Part shown: piece by piece, positions 51,432-61,216 of the stretch | How positions within the stretch are numbered: position 1 is the stretch's first letter | Layout: every line of letters starts with the position of its first letter | DNA from: Deltaproteobacteria bacterium | GTDB lineage: Bacteria; Myxococcota_A; UBA9160; UBA4427 | Direction: 5' to 3' | NCBI GenBank assembly: GCA_002709835.1 | Contig: PAQX01000076.1 | Span: forward strand, 2,985-66,984 | DNA: 64,000 nucleotides | Made by a program: the position numbers and the translations under genes | Notes under the pieces: generated by a model | What the model was told of the DNA's origin: nothing | The model's database searches: none | Seen by the model: only the letters and a program-made list of their open reading frames with translations

Positions 51432-53156
51432 ATGCACGATCTCATCATCCGCGGCGGCACCCTCGTCGATGGCACCGGACAGCCCTCCCGCAAGGCCGAC
51501 ATCGCGATCGACGGCGACCGCATCGTCGCCGTCGTCGACGCCAGCGAAGAACTGGGCGAAGCCCGCCGCGAACTCGACGCCACCGGCCACGTCGTCGCCC
51601 CCGGCTGGGTCGACATCCACACCCATTACGACGGACAAGCGACCTGGGATCCGCACCTGACGCCCTCCGGCTGGAACGGCGTGACGACGGTCGTCATGGG
51701 CAACTGCGGGGTCGGCTTCGCGCCGGTTCGCCCGGGCCAGGAAGACTGGCTGATCCAGCTAATGGAAGGCGTAGAAGACATCCCGGGCACAGCCCTCCAC
51801 GAAGGCATCGACTGGAAGTGGGAGAGCTTCCCCGAGTACCTCGACGCGCTCGAGTCGTTCCCTCGCTCCGTCGACATCGCGACCCAGATTCCGCATGGCG
51901 CCGTCCGCGCCTACGTGATGGGCGAGCGCGGCGCGAAGAACGAGAAGGCCGAACCCGGCGAGATCGAAGCGATGTCGCGGATCGTGAAGGAAGGGCTCGA
52001 AGCGGGAGCCCTCGGCTTCTCGACTTCGCGCACGATGCTCCACCGCGCCAAGGACGGCGAAGTCGTCCCGGGCACCTATGCCGAAGACGACGAGCTGATG
52101 GGTATCGGTCGAGCGCTCGGCGAAGTCGGCCACGGTGTCTTCGAGTGTGCGAGTGATCTGGCGCCGGAAGGCAAGGAGCTCGACTGGATGAGCCGCCTCG
52201 GCAAGGAGACCGGCCGGCCCGTCAGCTTCGCGTGCCTCCAGAACCCGATCGACGCGAATCAATTCAAGCGCCTCCTCGAGGCCGTGGACAAGGACGCCGC
52301 CGAGGGCGGCTGCCTGACGCCGCAGGTCGCTCAGCGCCCCGCTGGCCTGCTCTTCGGCTTCGACAGCTCGCTCCACCCCTTCCGACTGAAGCCGGCTTTC
52401 CGCCCGCTCCTGGAGCTGTCCTCGGAAGATCGCCTCGCGGAGCTCCGCAAGCCGGAGGTTCGCCAGGCCGTCCTCGAGCAGGACTCCGCGGCGGGCAACG
52501 TGCCCGGCATGAACGCGCTGGTCACCGAAGGCTGGGATCGCATGTTCCCGCTCGGCACGCCGCCCGTCTACGAGCCCGGACCGGAGGACTCGGTCGCGGC
52601 GAAGGCGAAGGGGGCAGGCAAGACGCCAGCGGAATACGCCTACGACCTGATGCTCGAAGGCGAGTTCATCTACATGCCGATCCTCGGCTACGCGAACGGC
52701 AGCCTCGAAGACATCAAGACGATGATGGAGCACGAGAAGGCGGTCTTCAGCTTGTCGGACGGTGGCGCTCACTGCGCGCTGATCACCGACGCATCGACGC
52801 CGACCTTCCTCCTGACCTACTGGGTCCGCGATCGTGAGAAGGGCGAACGCTTCCCGATCGAATGGATCGTCCACCAGCAGACCCAGAGGACGGCCCGCTT
52901 CTACGGCATGGACGACCGAGGGACCGTCGAGCCCGGCATGCTCGCCGACGTGAACGTCATCGACTTCGACGGACTGACGATCCATGCGCCGGAGATGGTC
53001 GACGACCTCCCCGCCAACGGAAAGCGGCTGATCCAGCAGATCGACGGCTACGCGTACACCGTCAAGAGCGGCGAGGTCACCTACGAGGCAGGCAAGCCGA
53101 CCGGCGCCCTCCCTGGCAGCCTGATCCGCGGCCCCCAGGCCGCCCCGACCGACTAG
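51432..53156 (+). CDS. D-aminoacylase-like amidohydrolase (paralogue 1 of 2)
   Basis: Strings: MHDLIIRGGTLVDGTG...DIAIDGDRIVAV and PGWVDIHTHYDGQATWD..GVTTVVMGNCGVGFAP. Confidence 0.8.
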   Translation: MHDLIIRGGTLVDGTGQPSRKADIAIDGDRIVAVVDASEELGEARRELDATGHVVAPGWVDIHTHYDGQATWDPHLTPSGWNGVTTVVMGNCGVGFAPVRPGQEDWLIQLMEGVEDIPGTALHEGIDWKWESFPEYLDALESFPRSVDIATQIPHGAVRAYVMGERGAKNEKAEPGEIEAMSRIVKEGLEAGALGFSTSRTMLHRAKDGEVVPGTYAEDDELMGIGRALGEVGHGVFECASDLAPEGKELDWMSRLGKETGRPVSFACLQNPIDANQFKRLLEAVDKDAAEGGCLTPQVAQRPAGLLFGFDSSLHPFRLKPAFRPLLELSSEDRLAELRKPEVRQAVLEQDSAAGNVPGMNALVTEGWDRMFPLGTPPVYEPGPEDSVAAKAKGAGKTPAEYAYDLMLEGEFIYMPILGYANGSLEDIKTMMEHEKAVFSLSDGGAHCALITDASTPTFLLTYWVRDREKGERFPIEWIVHQQTQRTARFYGMDDRGTVEPGMLADVNVIDFDGLTIHAPEMVDDLPANGKRLIQQIDGYAYTVKSGEVTYEAGKPTGALPGSLIRGPQAAPTD

Positions 53157-53291
53157 CCAGCCTCTCTTCGCCCGACCGTCCGGACCTTTGGTCCCTCGGT
53201 CGCCCCTGGCGGCAATTCCTGATCGTAGGGCGTCAGCTGGGTACCCTGAGCGCGGGCTGGAGCAGGATCCCAATCGGCAAGGAGAGCGCAG

Positions 53292-54158
53292 GTGTCGGAT
53301 TTTCTCTCGTGGCAGGTCGGCGAAGTCCAGGTCACCCGCATTCAGGAATCCCAGGAAAGCGGGATGACCTGGGTCCTCGGCGACGCCGTCCCCGAAAACC
53401 TGAAGCCGATCTGCTGGCTCGCACCGCATTTCATCGACGAGGTCGGCGAGGCGAAGTGGAGCATCCATGCCCTCGTCGTCGAGATCGGTGACCGAAAGAT
53501 CGTGGTCGACACCTGCGTCGGCAACGACAAGAACCTGCCCGTGAAGTTCTGGAATCACCTCCAGACCTCCTTCATGGAGGATTTCGAGCGGGCCGGCTTC
53601 CATCGGGAAGAGATCGACACGGTCCTCTGCACTCATCTTCACGTCGATCACGTCGGGTGGAACACGATGCTCGTCGACGGCGAGTGGGTCCCGACCTTCC
53701 CGAATGCCCGTTACCTCGTCGCCCGTGAAGAGTGGGACCACTGGCAGAGCGAAGACGACGATTTCACGAAGGCGGTCTTCTCCGAGAGCGTCGATCCGAT
53801 CGAGCGGGCGGGGCTCATCGACGTCGTCGAACAGGACGCGACGGTCTGCGAAGAGATCCGCCTCGAACCGACCCCGGGACACACCCCCGGACACGTGTCG
53901 ATCCTCATCGAATCGAAGGGCGAGAAGGCCGTCATCACCGGCGACCAGACCCATCACCCCTGTCAACTCGCCCACCCCGAGTGGGGTTCCGCGGCGGACT
54001 TCGACTTCGGCCAGGGCATCGAGACCCGACGTGCTTTCTATGCGCGTCACGAAGCCGCCCGGACCCTCGTGATCGGAACCCACTTCGCCACGCCGACCGC
54101 GGGCCGGATCGAGCGCGACGGCGAGGTCTGGAAGCTCGTCGTTCCGGCCGACGCCTAG
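53292..54158 (+). CDS. MBL-fold metallo-hydrolase
   Basis: The GTG at 53292 follows AAGGAGAG. HxHxDH motif: CTHLHVDHVGW. Also PTPGHTPGH. Confidence 0.8.
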   Translation: MSDFLSWQVGEVQVTRIQESQESGMTWVLGDAVPENLKPICWLAPHFIDEVGEAKWSIHALVVEIGDRKIVVDTCVGNDKNLPVKFWNHLQTSFMEDFERAGFHREEIDTVLCTHLHVDHVGWNTMLVDGEWVPTFPNARYLVAREEWDHWQSEDDDFTKAVFSESVDPIERAGLIDVVEQDATVCEEIRLEPTPGHTPGHVSILIESKGEKAVITGDQTHHPCQLAHPEWGSAADFDFGQGIETRRAFYARHEAARTLVIGTHFATPTAGRIERDGEVWKLVVPADA

Positions 54159-55897
54159 CGCTTGCCGCGGATCAGCCGCCCCGGCCGGGCCCCCGTCGGC
54201 TCCCCGTTCCGGAAAGTGATCTCGCCGGCACAGATCGTGGCTTCGAAGCCACTCGCCCGCTGGACGATCCGGGACGCGCCGGTCGGGAGATCGTCGATCA
54301 CCTCCGGCAGCTGGAGTTCGACGGCGTCCAGATCGATTACGTTGAGATCGCCGCGCTTGCCGACCTCGACCGTGCCCCGATCGCCGAGCCCATAGAGGTC
54401 CGCTGCCTCCTTGGACATCATCTTGACCGCAGCTTCGAGGGCGATCTTTTCGCCGCGCGTCCGGTCGCGGACCCAGTGCTGGAGCACGAACGCCGGCCAG
54501 CTCGCGTCGCAGATCATGCTGCAATGGGCGCCGCCGTCTCCGAGTCCGATCACCGAGATTTCATCCCGCATCATCGTCTCGACCGCGTCGAGATTTCCTT
54601 CTGCGTAGCCCGTGAAGAAGACCGCGAGGACCCGCGTCTTTCCGTCCGTCGATTGCTCGGCGAGATCGACCATCGTGTCGTAGAGCAAGTCCATCGGGTC
54701 GACCCCAAGCGCTTCGGCCTTTGCGCCGATCGAATCCCCGACGTCGGGCTCGAAAACGACGCCCTCCTCCATCGCGAAAGTCGAATGGATGGCCGGCCCG
54801 AGGATCAACATGCTCGGGTTGTTTTCCGCGCTCTCCGCGAGAATGGTCGCGCGGGTCTCCGGGACCTTGAGCGCGGCTACGCGTTCGACCGGGGGCAGCG
54901 TCGCGACCCCCTGGTAGGCCGGGGTGAAGGCGAAGGGATTGAAGGTGTCCAGGGAGAGCATGAGTCCCGAGCCACGGGAGAGGACCTGCGGAACCACGTT
55001 CGCACCGGCGGCCTTCGCCTCGTGGCATTTGGCCATGACCTCCTTCCATTCGTCGGGATAGGGATGGTTCTGCGGCGCGGAGAACGTGACCTTCGCGCCG
55101 GTCGACAGGCTGATGTCTCGGTAGAGGTCGACTTCGCGCGGAATCGCGCCCGCCTCTTCGTTGCCTCCGCCGGCCGGCACGGCCTGCAGGATCTCGCCGC
55201 CGCCATCGACGACTGCCTGGGTGAGCACCTTCAGCTCCTCGGCGGGCGCGAAAGTCCCGGGGACCGGCTCCCCGTGGATGCTCGTGTGGCCCGGGAGGCG
55301 GTTCGTCGAGAATGCGAGCGCGCCGGCTTCGACCGCTTCCTTCACGATCGCGGCCATCTGCTCGAGGTCCTCCGCGGTCGCAGGCTCTTGATCGGCACCG
55401 CGCTGTCCCATGACGTAGACACGCAGGGCGCCGTGGGGCACCTGGGTCGCGATGTCGATCGTACGCGGGAGCTTCTCGAGAGCGTCGAGGTATTCCGGAA
55501 AGGTCTCCCAGTCCCAGCGGATCCCTTCGTGGAGCGCCGTCCCGGGGATGTCTTCGACGCCTTCCATGAGTTCGATCAGCCAGCCGCGCTCGTCGGTCTT
55601 CGCCGGCGCGAATCCGACGCCACAGTTGCCCATCACGACCGTCGTCACGCCGTGCCAGGAAGAAGGCGTAAGGACCGGGTCCCAGGTCACTTGCCCGTCG
55701 TAGTGCGTGTGCACATCGACGAAGCCGGGCGTTACGAGCTTGCCCGCCGCCTCGAGCGTCTCTCCCGTATCGCTCGCGAGGGTGCCGGCCTCCGCGATCT
55801 CCGCGATCACGCCGTCGCGCACCCGGATGTCCGCCGCTCGAGCCGGGGCACCGGTTCCGTCGACGAGGTTGGCGTTGCGAATCAGGATCTCACTCAT
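54155..55897 (-). CDS. D-aminoacylase-like amidohydrolase (paralogue 2 of 2)
   Basis: The internal ATG at 55897 gives MSEILIRNANLVDGTG... Strings: PGFVDVHTHYDGQVTWD..GVTTVVMGNCGVGFAP. It aligns throughout with 51432..53156. The upstream 442 codons of track ORF 54155..57223 are antisense to the ADH gene and are rejected. Confidence 0.8.
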   Translation of the reverse strand: MSEILIRNANLVDGTGAPARAADIRVRDGVIAEIAEAGTLASDTGETLEAAGKLVTPGFVDVHTHYDGQVTWDPVLTPSSWHGVTTVVMGNCGVGFAPAKTDERGWLIELMEGVEDIPGTALHEGIRWDWETFPEYLDALEKLPRTIDIATQVPHGALRVYVMGQRGADQEPATAEDLEQMAAIVKEAVEAGALAFSTNRLPGHTSIHGEPVPGTFAPAEELKVLTQAVVDGGGEILQAVPAGGGNEEAGAIPREVDLYRDISLSTGAKVTFSAPQNHPYPDEWKEVMAKCHEAKAAGANVVPQVLSRGSGLMLSLDTFNPFAFTPAYQGVATLPPVERVAALKVPETRATILAESAENNPSMLILGPAIHSTFAMEEGVVFEPDVGDSIGAKAEALGVDPMDLLYDTMVDLAEQSTDGKTRVLAVFFTGYAEGNLDAVETMMRDEISVIGLGDGGAHCSMICDASWPAFVLQHWVRDRTRGEKIALEAAVKMMSKEAADLYGLGDRGTVEVGKRGDLNVIDLDAVELQLPEVIDDLPTGASRIVQRASGFEATICAGEITFRNGEPTGARPGRLIRGKR

Positions 55898-55993
55898 GGC
55901 GCGTTCACTCCGGGCTGGGCGGTTGGCTTCGGCTCTACGATATCGTCTCCGCCGACGGCTTCGAGGCCATTCCGGCCGAGCGGAGAACCCGAA

Positions 55994-57046
55994 ATGTCCG
56001 ACACGATGCGCGCTTTCCGGCTGACCGAATGGCAGGCTCCCCCGGAGCTGGTGGAAATCGAGGTCCCCGAGCCCGGCCCCGGCGAGATCCGAATCAAGGT
56101 GGCGGGCAACGGTCTCTGCCAGAGCGACCTCCACATGCCACACATGCCACCGCAGATGGGCGAGGTCCTCGACTGGCAGATGCCCTTCACCCTCGGCCAT
56201 GAAGTGGGCGGCTGGATCGACCGACTCGGCACCGGGGTCTCCGGCTACGACGAGGGGCAGGCGGTCGCGCTGGTCTCCACTCGTAGCTGCGGTGATTGCT
56301 ACGAGTGCGGGGAAGGTTTCGACAATGCGTGCACGATGAACCAGGTCGGAAGAGGCTACGGGATGAACGGTGGAATCGCCGACTACGTCGTGATCGAGTC
56401 GACGCGCCCGCTCATTCCGATCGAGAACCTCGACCCGAAGCTCGCCGGCCCGCTGACCGACGCGGGAACGACCTCGTACCACGGCGTCCGGCGGGTGAAG
56501 GATAAGCTGGGGCCCGGCCGCACGGCGCTCGTGATCGGTGCCGGCGGCCTCGGCGGCTTCGCCATCCAGTACGTGAAGATCCTGACCGAGGCGAACCTGA
56601 TCGTCGTCGACGTCGCAGAGGACAAGCTGACTCGCGCCAAAGAGCTCGGCGCGGACGAAGTCCTCGATGGAACGCGCGAAGATCTGGTGGCCGAGATCAT
56701 GAAGCTGACCGAAGGCCGTGGCTGTGACGCGGTCCTCGATTTCGTGGGCAGCAACGTCACGATCGCCCACAGCGTGAGCGCCCTCGCGAAGCTCGGAACC
56801 TACGCCGTGATCGGCGCCGACCAGGGCAAGCTCGACATGCCCCTGATGGGCGCGCTCGGCGGCAAGAACGCCTCGATCATCTCGTTCATCGGCGGCACCG
56901 ACGCCGACACCCGCGCCGCCGTCTCCCTCGGCGACCAGGGTGTCCTCCGCAACGACGTCGAGTTCTTCGCCCTCGACGACGCCGCCACCGCCTTCGCCCG
57001 CCTCGAAAAAGGCGAGATCACCGGCCGCGGCATCATCGTCCCTTAG
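55994..57046 (+). CDS. Zinc-type alcohol dehydrogenase (MDR family)
   Basis: The ATG at 55994 gives MSDTMRAFRLTEW... Strings: GNGLCQSDLH, LGHEVGGWI, VIGAGGLGGFAIQY. The rest of track ORF 53732..57046 is rejected. Confidence 0.85.
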   Translation: MSDTMRAFRLTEWQAPPELVEIEVPEPGPGEIRIKVAGNGLCQSDLHMPHMPPQMGEVLDWQMPFTLGHEVGGWIDRLGTGVSGYDEGQAVALVSTRSCGDCYECGEGFDNACTMNQVGRGYGMNGGIADYVVIESTRPLIPIENLDPKLAGPLTDAGTTSYHGVRRVKDKLGPGRTALVIGAGGLGGFAIQYVKILTEANLIVVDVAEDKLTRAKELGADEVLDGTREDLVAEIMKLTEGRGCDAVLDFVGSNVTIAHSVSALAKLGTYAVIGADQGKLDMPLMGALGGKNASIISFIGGTDADTRAAVSLGDQGVLRNDVEFFALDDAATAFARLEKGEITGRGIIVP

Positions 57047-58965
57047 GGCGTGTACCAGATGGGGCTCGTGTACGCGCGATCCTGCGTCGTCATCGGCACT
57101 TCGTCGGGCATCTCGACACCGAAGTGCTTGGCGTCGTATGCGGTCCATCTCGGCTTCGGGATCTCGATCACACGGACGTAGTAGAAGGCGCGCTCGTCCT
57201 TGGCGAAGTCGGGATCCTTCCAAAACGCGGTGAGCGTGGCGGCTCCGATCGTGTTCTTCCAGGTCGCGTTCTCGACGTCGACGGTCGAACCGACGGCGGT
57301 CTTCGCTCGGCCCTTCCGATCGGTCTCACGGTCGTCGCTCAGCGCGACGTCGTAGATCCGTTCGTGCTTCTCGCCGTCGTCGTCTAGCCAACCCTTCACG
57401 ATCTGGACCCGGTCGAGGTTCGCGCCCTCGGGATCCCGGAGTGCCGCGACGAGAAAGGTCGGCGCCCTCTTCCAGCCCCTCGCTCCGTCTCGATCTGCGC
57501 CGGAAAGATCGCCGCCCATCGGTACGCCCTTCGCGTAGCCGAGTCGAGCGAGGGCCGGCGTATCCTCGTCCCCCTCTTCGAAGCCGAAGCCTCCGAAGAA
57601 TCGGACCGTCATGCGCGGCCCCGTCGTCGCATAGGTCTCCCGCCGGCGCATCGCTTCGAAGATCGCTGCCCGCGTATTCTCCGTCGCCCAGACCGCCGCG
57701 TAGCCCGAAGCGGCCATCTCCCACTCGTACCACTGGACCTGCTCCGTCTCCCCCGCGAACTGGTGCAGTACGTCTTCGGGCACGTCGGATGGATCGACCG
57801 TATCTTCCGGGGGCTCGGGAAAGAGCGGCGTGCTCCAGCGCGCCGCCGCCGCCTCGGTCCGGGTCGACTTGCCCCAGTAGTTGTCTTCCCCACCAGCGGC
57901 GAGACCGGTATGAGCATCGGTGCTTCCGATCAGACCGAACTTGAAGGGGTTCACCCCGACGGCCTCTTCTAGCGCGAGGCCGTTCTTCAGCGCGGGGCGC
58001 GCGTACTCGAACTCGTACGAGGCGTCTGCGTGTCCGGCTCGGCCGAGCGCCCCGCGATCCCAGGTCTCGTAATCGGCGAACTCGTCATTCGGGGAGACGA
58101 AGGGGTGGGTCTCGCTGTCCCCCTTGTACTGGGTCACCTCGACGAGCGGCTCGCGCCGAGCCCGTTCTTCGGCGTAGGCGCGATCGATCGCTTCCCCCTT
58201 CGAGTCCTCGAGCGCGAACATGAGCCCGCCGCTCACGTTCGAGTTGTGCGGGATCGCGAGGACGCGTCCGCCTGTCTTCTCTTCGTAGGCGTCCATCCAC
58301 GCCCAAAGCGACTCCGGGGTCGGGTCCTTGATCGAGCTGGTCGGCACGACCTGGCCGGCATACCGGGCGTCGTCGGCGATGATCACGTTGCGATGGAGGT
58401 TGTCGCCCCCGGGTGTCGAGGTCCACTCGTAGCCGATGAAGGCGGTGAACCTGCCGGGATCGTTCCAGCGATCTGCGTTCGCGATTACGCGGCTCCAGTT
58501 CGTCTCTTCGACGGCCTCGCTCCGAATCGCGTCGACCCCCTGGAGGAGCGCGAGACCGAACTCGCCGAAGACCTTCAGGTGCTCCCCGTTCTTCCGCCAC
58601 TTCGACCACCGACGACCGGTCTCGGTCGCAAGCAGGACCGGGTCGTCCTGGTCGAGCATGTTCATCACGCCGAGGTACTCCGCGTGATCGGAGAGAAGAA
58701 GGAAGTCGAGGGGGCGCTTCAGGCGAACCTCTTCGCCGTTGTGCGCCGTCACCGTCTCTCCCCGCGCGAAGCGGTAGACCTCGTCGGGCCCGATCCGGCG
58801 GTTGCCCATGTTGCCTGCGTCCGCGGACCAGGAAGAATGGACGTGGGTATCGCCGAAGTAGACGTTCCGGGGAAAGTCATCGCCCGCATAAGGGGAATAG
58901 CTCTCGGCCTGCGCCAGAGAAGCGGCGAACAGCAGAAGAACGACGAGCGCGTGAACGAACAGCAT
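57043..58965 (-). CDS. DUF3604-family exported protein (paralogue 2 of 2)
   Basis: Signal peptide: MLFVHALVVLLLFAASLAQA. Strings: YFGDTHVHSSWSADAG, LSDHAE, IGYEWTS..GDNLHRNV, ends ..YTSPIWYTP. Confidence 0.85.
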   Translation of the reverse strand: MLFVHALVVLLLFAASLAQAESYSPYAGDDFPRNVYFGDTHVHSSWSADAGNMGNRRIGPDEVYRFARGETVTAHNGEEVRLKRPLDFLLLSDHAEYLGVMNMLDQDDPVLLATETGRRWSKWRKNGEHLKVFGEFGLALLQGVDAIRSEAVEETNWSRVIANADRWNDPGRFTAFIGYEWTSTPGGDNLHRNVIIADDARYAGQVVPTSSIKDPTPESLWAWMDAYEEKTGGRVLAIPHNSNVSGGLMFALEDSKGEAIDRAYAEERARREPLVEVTQYKGDSETHPFVSPNDEFADYETWDRGALGRAGHADASYEFEYARPALKNGLALEEAVGVNPFKFGLIGSTDAHTGLAAGGEDNYWGKSTRTEAAAARWSTPLFPEPPEDTVDPSDVPEDVLHQFAGETEQVQWYEWEMAASGYAAVWATENTRAAIFEAMRRRETYATTGPRMTVRFFGGFGFEEGDEDTPALARLGYAKGVPMGGDLSGADRDGARGWKRAPTFLVAALRDPEGANLDRVQIVKGWLDDDGEKHERIYDVALSDDRETDRKGRAKTAVGSTVDVENATWKNTIGAATLTAFWKDPDFAKDERAFYYVRVIEIPKPRWTAYDAKHFGVEMPDEVPMTTQDRAYTSPIWYTP

Positions 58966-59082
58966 TGGGTCCCTCCGGCCCGGAACGGGCGTCGGGCGAT
59001 ATTACCCCCCCGGCATCCCAATTTGCCCCTCGATCTCACGCGCCCACGCCGATTGCAAGGCGGGCGCGACGAGGGCCGGCAC

Positions 59083-59451
59083 CTAGAAGATTTCGTGCTC
59101 CTCGGTCAGAAACACGTTGCAGTTCGGCAGGTCGAGGAACTTCCCTTCGTCCTCGAGGAGGGCCTTCGCCCCTTCGATCGCCGCCTCGCTTCCATCCCCG
59201 CCCAGAGCTCCGAGGCTGTCGAACCAGACCTCGGTGATCCCGTCGAAGGGAGGCAAGGCGCCGCGGGAGTTCGTGAGCGGTGCGCTCACTTCGTCTGGGA
59301 GCGAGTGGCTCTGGACGTAGCGCTTCATCTCCGGGAGCGCGGACTCCTTGATCTTCTTCACGAGCGGACCGTGGACGTCTTTCCATCGAACGAGGAACTC
59401 CTCCCGGCTGAGCTCCGGCTTGCGCCGACAACAGAAGACGATCTTGATCAT
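59083..59451 (-). CDS. EthD-domain protein
   Basis: MIKIVFCCRRKPELSREEFLVRWKDVHGPLV is the typical EthD N-terminus. The ORF is 122 aa. Confidence 0.75.
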   Translation of the reverse strand: MIKIVFCCRRKPELSREEFLVRWKDVHGPLVKKIKESALPEMKRYVQSHSLPDEVSAPLTNSRGALPPFDGITEVWFDSLGALGGDGSEAAIEGAKALLEDEGKFLDLPNCNVFLTEEHEIF

Positions 59452-59476
59452 GGGATTTCTCCGGTGGCCCGACGGC

Positions 59477-60247
59477 TCAGGCGCGGATGACCGCGCCGCC
59501 GTCGACGTGAAGGGTCTGCCCCGTCATGAAGGACGAGTCGGGGCCAGCCAGGAAAACCGCGACGCGCCCGATGTCGTCTTCGCAATCCCCCCAGCGCTCC
59601 AGGGCCACGCCCTGGAGAGCCTGCGCGGCCGCTTCGGGATTCTCCTCTCGGAAGCGCTTCGTGGCCTCGGTATCCGCAGTCGGGCAGAGCACGTTCACGT
59701 GAATCCCATCCGTCCCCCACTCCTTCGCCGCGACCCCGCTCATCGAGCGAAGCGCCTCCTTCGCCGCGCCGTAGATCATGAAGCCCGGTTGACGTTCGGA
59801 GCCGGCCATGGAGCAGAGGTTGATGACCCGACCATCGCCGCTCGCCTTGAGGTGGGGATGACTCTTCTGCATGAACCAGAACGCCCCCCAGACCTCGACG
59901 CCGAGCTGGAGCTCGATCTGGTCGTCGGTGTGTTCGAGGAAGGTCCGAAAGGCCGTATCCGGCCGTGCGCCGGTCGCGCAGTTCACCAGAATATCCAGTC
60001 GGCCGAACTCGGAGACCGCTCGATCGACGGTCGCCTCGACGTCGGTCTTCTTCGTCACGTCGCACGCAACCCAGAGCGCCGCATGGCCGAGCGCGCGAAT
60101 CTCCGCCTCCGTCGCCGGCCCGGTCTGCGTGTCGATCTCCGCCATCACCACCGTCGCGCCTTCCTTGGCGAAGGCGAGCGAGATTCCGCGACCGACCCCT
60201 CGTGCGCCGCCCGTCACGATCGCGACCTTCCCTTCGAGAACTCCCAT
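59477..60247 (-). CDS. SDR-family oxidoreductase
   Basis: Strings: KVAIVTGGARGVGRG, YGAAKEALRS, VNVLCP. Confidence 0.85.
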   Translation of the reverse strand: MGVLEGKVAIVTGGARGVGRGISLAFAKEGATVVMAEIDTQTGPATEAEIRALGHAALWVACDVTKKTDVEATVDRAVSEFGRLDILVNCATGARPDTAFRTFLEHTDDQIELQLGVEVWGAFWFMQKSHPHLKASGDGRVINLCSMAGSERQPGFMIYGAAKEALRSMSGVAAKEWGTDGIHVNVLCPTADTEATKRFREENPEAAAQALQGVALERWGDCEDDIGRVAVFLAGPDSSFMTGQTLHVDGGAVIRA

Positions 60248-60282
60248 CGCCGGCTCCTTTCCTCTCGAACGCGCGGCTTGCG

Positions 60283-61179
60283 CTAGCCGAGCTTCGCGAT
60301 CACTTCGTCGCGGAAGCGCGCGAGCTCGTCGGGTAGCGCTCCGTCGAGCTCACCCTTCGGCGGCAGCACGACGACACGCTCGGCTCCGAGCTCCTGGCAG
60401 AACTCCGCCGTCTCCAGCGCGGTCTTCGCGTCACTCGTACTGGTGAGCGTGAGGCGGACGGCGTCCCGAGGGCGCCCAACCGCCTCCGCCGCTTCCATTA
60501 CGACCGGCCAGAGCTTCTCGAGCTCTTCCTTGTTCGGACCGCGGGTCGACCAGTGTGGATAGAACTCGTCCCCGTAGGTCCCTGCGCGGCGCGCGGCGGC
60601 TTCGCTGTGCCCCCCGATCATGATCGGAAGCCCGCCCTGCTGTGCGGGGCTCGGATTACTGATGACCGCCTGGAAATCGAAGTAGTCGCCCTTGTAGGAG
60701 GATACGTCGTTGTCCCACAGGATCCGTAGGATCTCGAGCCACTCGTTCGCGCGTTTGCCGCGGTCCGTGAACTCCTGACCGAGATCCTCGACCTCCTCCT
60801 TGACCCAGCCGACGCCCACGCCGAGGGTGATGCGTCCCTTCGAATACTGATCGAGGGTCGCGACCTCCTTCGCGAGGATGATCGGGTGACGCTGGGGCAG
60901 AATCAGCATCGACGTCCCGATCCGAATCCGCTCGGTCGCCGACGCGATCAGCATCATCAGGATCAGCGGATCCGGCATATTCGAGTCGGCGGGCAGCGGC
61001 GTACGGCCCGTCGTCTTGTACGGGTATCTAGAGTCGTACTCCGCGTGCATGACCGCATGATCGATCGTCCAGATCGACTCGAAGCCCATCTCCTCGACGA
61101 GCTGCGAATAGCGCACGACGAAATCGGGATCCCCGATCGGACCCATCTGGGGCGGCGGAATGCGGATACCGAACTTCAT
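60283..61179 (-). CDS. LLM-class (luciferase-like) flavin/F420-dependent oxidoreductase
   Basis: The ATG at 61179 follows GAGGAG. Strings: MKFGIRIPP...FESIWTIDH, ILPQRHP, LPIMIGG. The upstream 48 codons are rejected. Confidence 0.8.
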   Translation of the reverse strand: MKFGIRIPPPQMGPIGDPDFVVRYSQLVEEMGFESIWTIDHAVMHAEYDSRYPYKTTGRTPLPADSNMPDPLILMMLIASATERIRIGTSMLILPQRHPIILAKEVATLDQYSKGRITLGVGVGWVKEEVEDLGQEFTDRGKRANEWLEILRILWDNDVSSYKGDYFDFQAVISNPSPAQQGGLPIMIGGHSEAAARRAGTYGDEFYPHWSTRGPNKEELEKLWPVVMEAAEAVGRPRDAVRLTLTSTSDAKTALETAEFCQELGAERVVVLPPKGELDGALPDELARFRDEVIAKLG

Positions 61180-61216
61180 GAGGCTGTCTCCTCGTCCTAG
61201 GCGCGCTTCGCTTCGA

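Noticed and set aside
55898-57223. N-terminal 442 codons of the 1022-aa ORF 54155..57223 (-), and the first 754 codons of the 1104-aa ORF 53732..57046 (+)
   Set aside because: Only the distal parts carry real family signatures: the D-aminoacylase from the ATG at 55897 and the alcohol dehydrogenase from the ATG at 55994. The extensions are antisense to each other's partner genes. Several other over-extended ORFs were trimmed in the same way, for example 26441..28906, 44909..46774, 20576..22606 and 37951..39210.
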